Of a DNA stretch of 64,000 bases, positions 60,307-64,000 are shown piece by piece. The notes under the pieces were generated by a model, which had not been told where the DNA came from, made no database searches, and worked only from the letters and a program-made list of their open reading frames with translations. Source of the stretch: Podarcis erhardii (taxonomy: Eukaryota); the NCBI GenBank assembly GCA_964252035.1, contig OZ176204.1; one strand, given 5' to 3'. How positions within the stretch are numbered: the first letter of the stretch is position 1; each line of letters begins with the position of its first letter. The translations under genes and the position numbers were made by a program.

Positions 60307-61029
60307 TTCTATTAGGATATGTTTTCTGAATAATAATGGCGCTACCTGTCCTGTTGTGCTCAACTTCAGCTCTGGGGATGCAGTCTACTAGGGTGACTTA
60401 AACTGCTTCTATGTGATATTAAAATACTTGATTTCATAATTTTTAGGAAAACAGAGTCACTGCATTTTGATATACAGTATGAATATTAAATTTTAAATTG
60501 GTCTACTTCAAGGAGAGTATCTGTGCTCTGTCTCTTTTACTTAATGAGTCACATCAGTGCAGTCAAATGGACAAGCAAAACTTGCTTGGAGCTAGGATAC
60601 ATGCATTTACTTTGAATAAAGTCTGGCTTTTACCTTACAGATCACTTAAAAGATTTTTCTGCTTTTCCTTGCCCGTTGAGAATATTATTGTTTGAAAACA
60701 GAAAGAAAAACCAGTCTGGATCTTATTTCGATTTTTTTAACAAATACTTTTTAAAAAATCTTCAGGAAGATGCTTGTTGGCAGGACTGGACATGAAAGAT
60801 TGCAGTGATATTAAGGTTCTCAAAAGCTATGGGGGCTACTAGAATAAAGAATAAAACTACATGGATTCTATTTGATGTGGAAATTAATACTGTACCATGT
60901 GGTGTGATACACTATTGGTTCTTCAGAAGTTAAAGTGGAGAAATGGAGTTCAATAAAGGAGGGGACATTTCTTGAAGGAGAGGCACTTTAATTTCTATTT
61001 CAACATGGCTACTGGTCTTTTACCATGTA

Positions 61030-61170
61030 CAGTGGTACCTTGGTAGTCAAACAGTTTGACTCCTGAACAAATTGTCTCCCGAACACCGCAAACCTAGAAA
61101 TGAGTGTTCCAGCTTGCGAATGTTTTTTAGAAGCTGAACCTCCGATGCAGCTTCCATGGCTTTTGATTGA
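61030..61170. mobile_element. Partial Tigger-like MITE (left end only)
   Basis: TA followed by cagtggtaccttgg; right TIR not found. Confidence 0.45.
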
Positions 61171-62969
61171 GTGCAGGAAGTAGAGTTGGTGGGGAGCACA
61201 AATATTAGCCGTATTGTGTCTTATGTGTGGATGGTAATATTTTGCCTATGTAACTTTTTTTTGGAATAGTGAAGCAGTCAGGAGTGGCACTGTCAAGGCA
61301 TGGGCTTATCTGATTTTGAGAGAACCAGGTCCTATTTTAGAATTTTGTGAGATGAGCTTTTAACTACTGCAGGTAAAATCCCCTTTATTTCTGGAATAAG
61401 GTGTAAATTAAGGATCTGCTTCAAGCAATGGCTGGGGTATTACATGCAAAAATCCGCAACTGGACTTACAATCCTTGTTAGATGCCCTTATTTGTTTAAG
61501 TGCTAATTACCATGCTGGGCTGACAGAATCTACGAATAATGGTAAATACTTCATTTTCACATCTATGTTTTTGGAAGTGCAGCCTTAACAGATAGGAGTA
61601 CCTTACAGAGAAATGCACTTTCCACACATGTGATGATTAAATTTGCTGCAGAGCATCCTATTAAGTGAAGGGGGATTAAAATTTTAGATTCTCAGTGCAC
61701 TTTGAGATTTTTAAACTTGGATTTAATAAAGTGTCATAAATATTTACAAGTGGTGAAACCATCGTTTTTGTTTATATTTATGCATGGGAAAAATATCTTT
61801 TAACTGAGTTCCTATTCTAGGATTTGTCAGTTAGATTTAAATGAGCATTATGAAACATAAGTCTGGAACTGTAAATTTCATTTGCTTGATGCTATTTTCT
61901 GTTTATCCTTTTTTATTAGTTCCAGAATTGCACTGTGCTGGAAATACATTGCCACTGTAAACTTTATATATGTTAATTTCAAGCACCACTTAACTGCTGG
62001 CAACTTTCTTTAGGGAGCAAAGTAACTACCAAAAATACAATCTCCTGATATTATCAGGAGAAGCTAGAAGCCTATTTTACAATCCCTATGGTTAGAGAAC
62101 TACATAAGTAGCTCTTTGTGCCCAGCCTGGCATTTGGTGTCCCACCTCCCTCAAAAACAAACAAACAAAACAAAAAACAAAACAACAGCAGCCTACTATG
62201 CTACATTATAAGAAGTGTACTATAAATTAGGGATGCTTGAGAAATTCAGTCTTTGCAAATTACAGTACAAACTGACCAGATCTATACTTCCTGGACTCAT
62301 GTGTAGATTAGAACACAGCTGCCTCTGAGATTTAGCACTTCTCTGAACTGGATGCTTTGAGAATGGTCAAGGGCCACAGATTGCTCACATGAACTTTAGG
62401 GGAGATACCACTCTATCCAGAAAAGGCTAGGCACTATTCTCCAGTAAAACTTCCACCATCAAGCTCTCCATCTGATCTGGATAGTGTTTCAGTTTCAGAC
62501 ATGGAGGAGCATTTAGTCATATACTGTAAGCTCCCATGTCTCATCTTAAGTGGCACAGCCCAAACACAAACTTACCTCCCCACCTGTGAACTAGGCTGAA
62601 AAGGAAGCTTTTCTGTGGCTGGTTCCATTTTGAAGAGGGTGTTTTCTTACAGAAATGAATGGCTAGCTTTTGGGGGTAGATATTAAAAATGTGCTCTTTC
62701 TTGCTTTTCCCCACCAAGGGATCAGAAAAGTAGGTGGTAGGACCACTTAGAGCCCTACTTTTTCTTTTATTTTACTAAGCTAGTGGGTCAAAAGTTGGTT
62801 AGCCTGAGAGATAAGACTCCCTATAAGTGTTCCACTTATAGTGTTCCAAGACAAGGACTTAGGGGTTATTAGGAAAAGAATAGAAAACAAAACTGCCTTT
62901 GTTCTAGTGCTCATATACAAATCTGTGTACATTTCTGTTTGTTCTGATTTTTCTTAAAGAGGATATTGT

Positions 62970-63410
62970 GAGGACAACTAAAGGACAACTAAAATAACCA
63001 GGAGGCTTGCACACCTTTCCTATGAACAAAGGTGCTCTTTAGTATTTCAGACTTTTTAGATTGGAAAATTGTTGGTGGAGATGTGACCAAGCTGTATAAA
63101 ATACATGCATGTACTGTACTGATGAAAGAGGGATATTTTTGTCCCTCTCTCAGTACAGAACTTGGGATCATCCAAGAGAGAACTGTTTGGCAGGAGATTC
63201 AGGGCAGACAAAAGGAAGTACTTATTCACACAGTGAGTCTTTGATTTATGGAATACCCTGCCACAAGAAGTTGATTAGGGCTGTTAGATCAAGTGACTGT
63301 AAAAGCAATTTAGGCAAATTCATGAATAGGTTTATCTATGACTACATCCCACCTCTAGGCTGGCAAACAGTGCTTGACTAGATGAACTTTTTTTCTCATC
63401 CAACAGAGTT
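62970..63410 (+). mobile_element. Degraded CR1 LINE 3' end
   Basis: Remnants of the CR1 RT C-terminus (GDVTKLYKI; GRRFRADKRKYLFTQ..LWNTLPQEV; LGKFM) followed by a diverged 3' UTR. Confidence 0.75.
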
Positions 63411-64000
63411 TTTATATTGTCTAAGGATAAAAGTTATTGGGACTGGGAATCTGTAAAACTTGCTCTTCGTAATCTTAATACGATCCTGGTCTTTATTTAT
63501 TGTTGTCGTACATTAATTTACTTATATCCCAGACTTCCTTCAAGAAGTTCATCACAGATTACATATGGTTGAACATTTCCCAAGTAGAAAGCTTAAAGGT
63601 TCAAACCTGATCAGTTTCAGCAGTAGAACTATACATTATGCTTTCTGAGCATTCTCTTTTATTGATATTAAATAAAAATGTCTCTCCTTTTCTCATGTGA
63701 AAGATTTCCCCTCTCAAGGCCTAGGCCAATGTTGTCCTCTCAACTTGTAAATTGCTTAAATATTGGATTACACCATCTAAATTTGGTATGATATCTGTGT
63801 TCAGGGTTTCTCAATTATACTTATTATATCATACTTTGCAAATTAACTTTTGCATCATATTCTGGAATCTAGGTTTAAAACGGCAAAATACTTTGTCAGG
63901 TGAGCGTCAGAATTTGACTGCCTAGACTTTTCTTGTATGCACTTATAAAGATGGAAATATTAAGAACTTACATGAACAGGTTTTCACTGTGGAAGATCTA

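Noticed and set aside
1-64000. CRISPR arrays, rRNA, functional tRNA genes, prokaryotic operons
   Set aside because: None seen; the tRNA-like sequences are SINE heads lacking a full cloverleaf.

Overview
Non-coding vertebrate DNA. The repeat set (Sauria SINE, BovB, CR1/L2 relics, TA-flanked MITEs, Penelope) points to a squamate, most likely a lacertid lizard (inference). I found no convincing host exon; the AT-rich unique sequence looks like a long intron or gene desert. The only real protein-coding block is a young, CpG-rich, 5'-deleted tyrosine-recombinase retrotransposon (Ngaro/DIRS type, about 3119-6350, minus strand). It carries a partial RT-RNase H, an intact YR and an intact SGNH hydrolase ORF. 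YR and SGNH both lack an initiator ATG, share one reading frame, and are each preceded by a CTTTCAG splice acceptor in the same phase. There are four near-identical Penelope-like insertions with 12-13 bp TSDs. Two carry an intact minimal hammerhead-ribozyme motif; two are long fold-back palindromes that pivot on the ribozyme's stem II. Seven short N-runs (132-363 bp) lie in repeat-free sequence and may be masked conserved elements rather than true gaps. Almost all other ORFs in the track are spurious.
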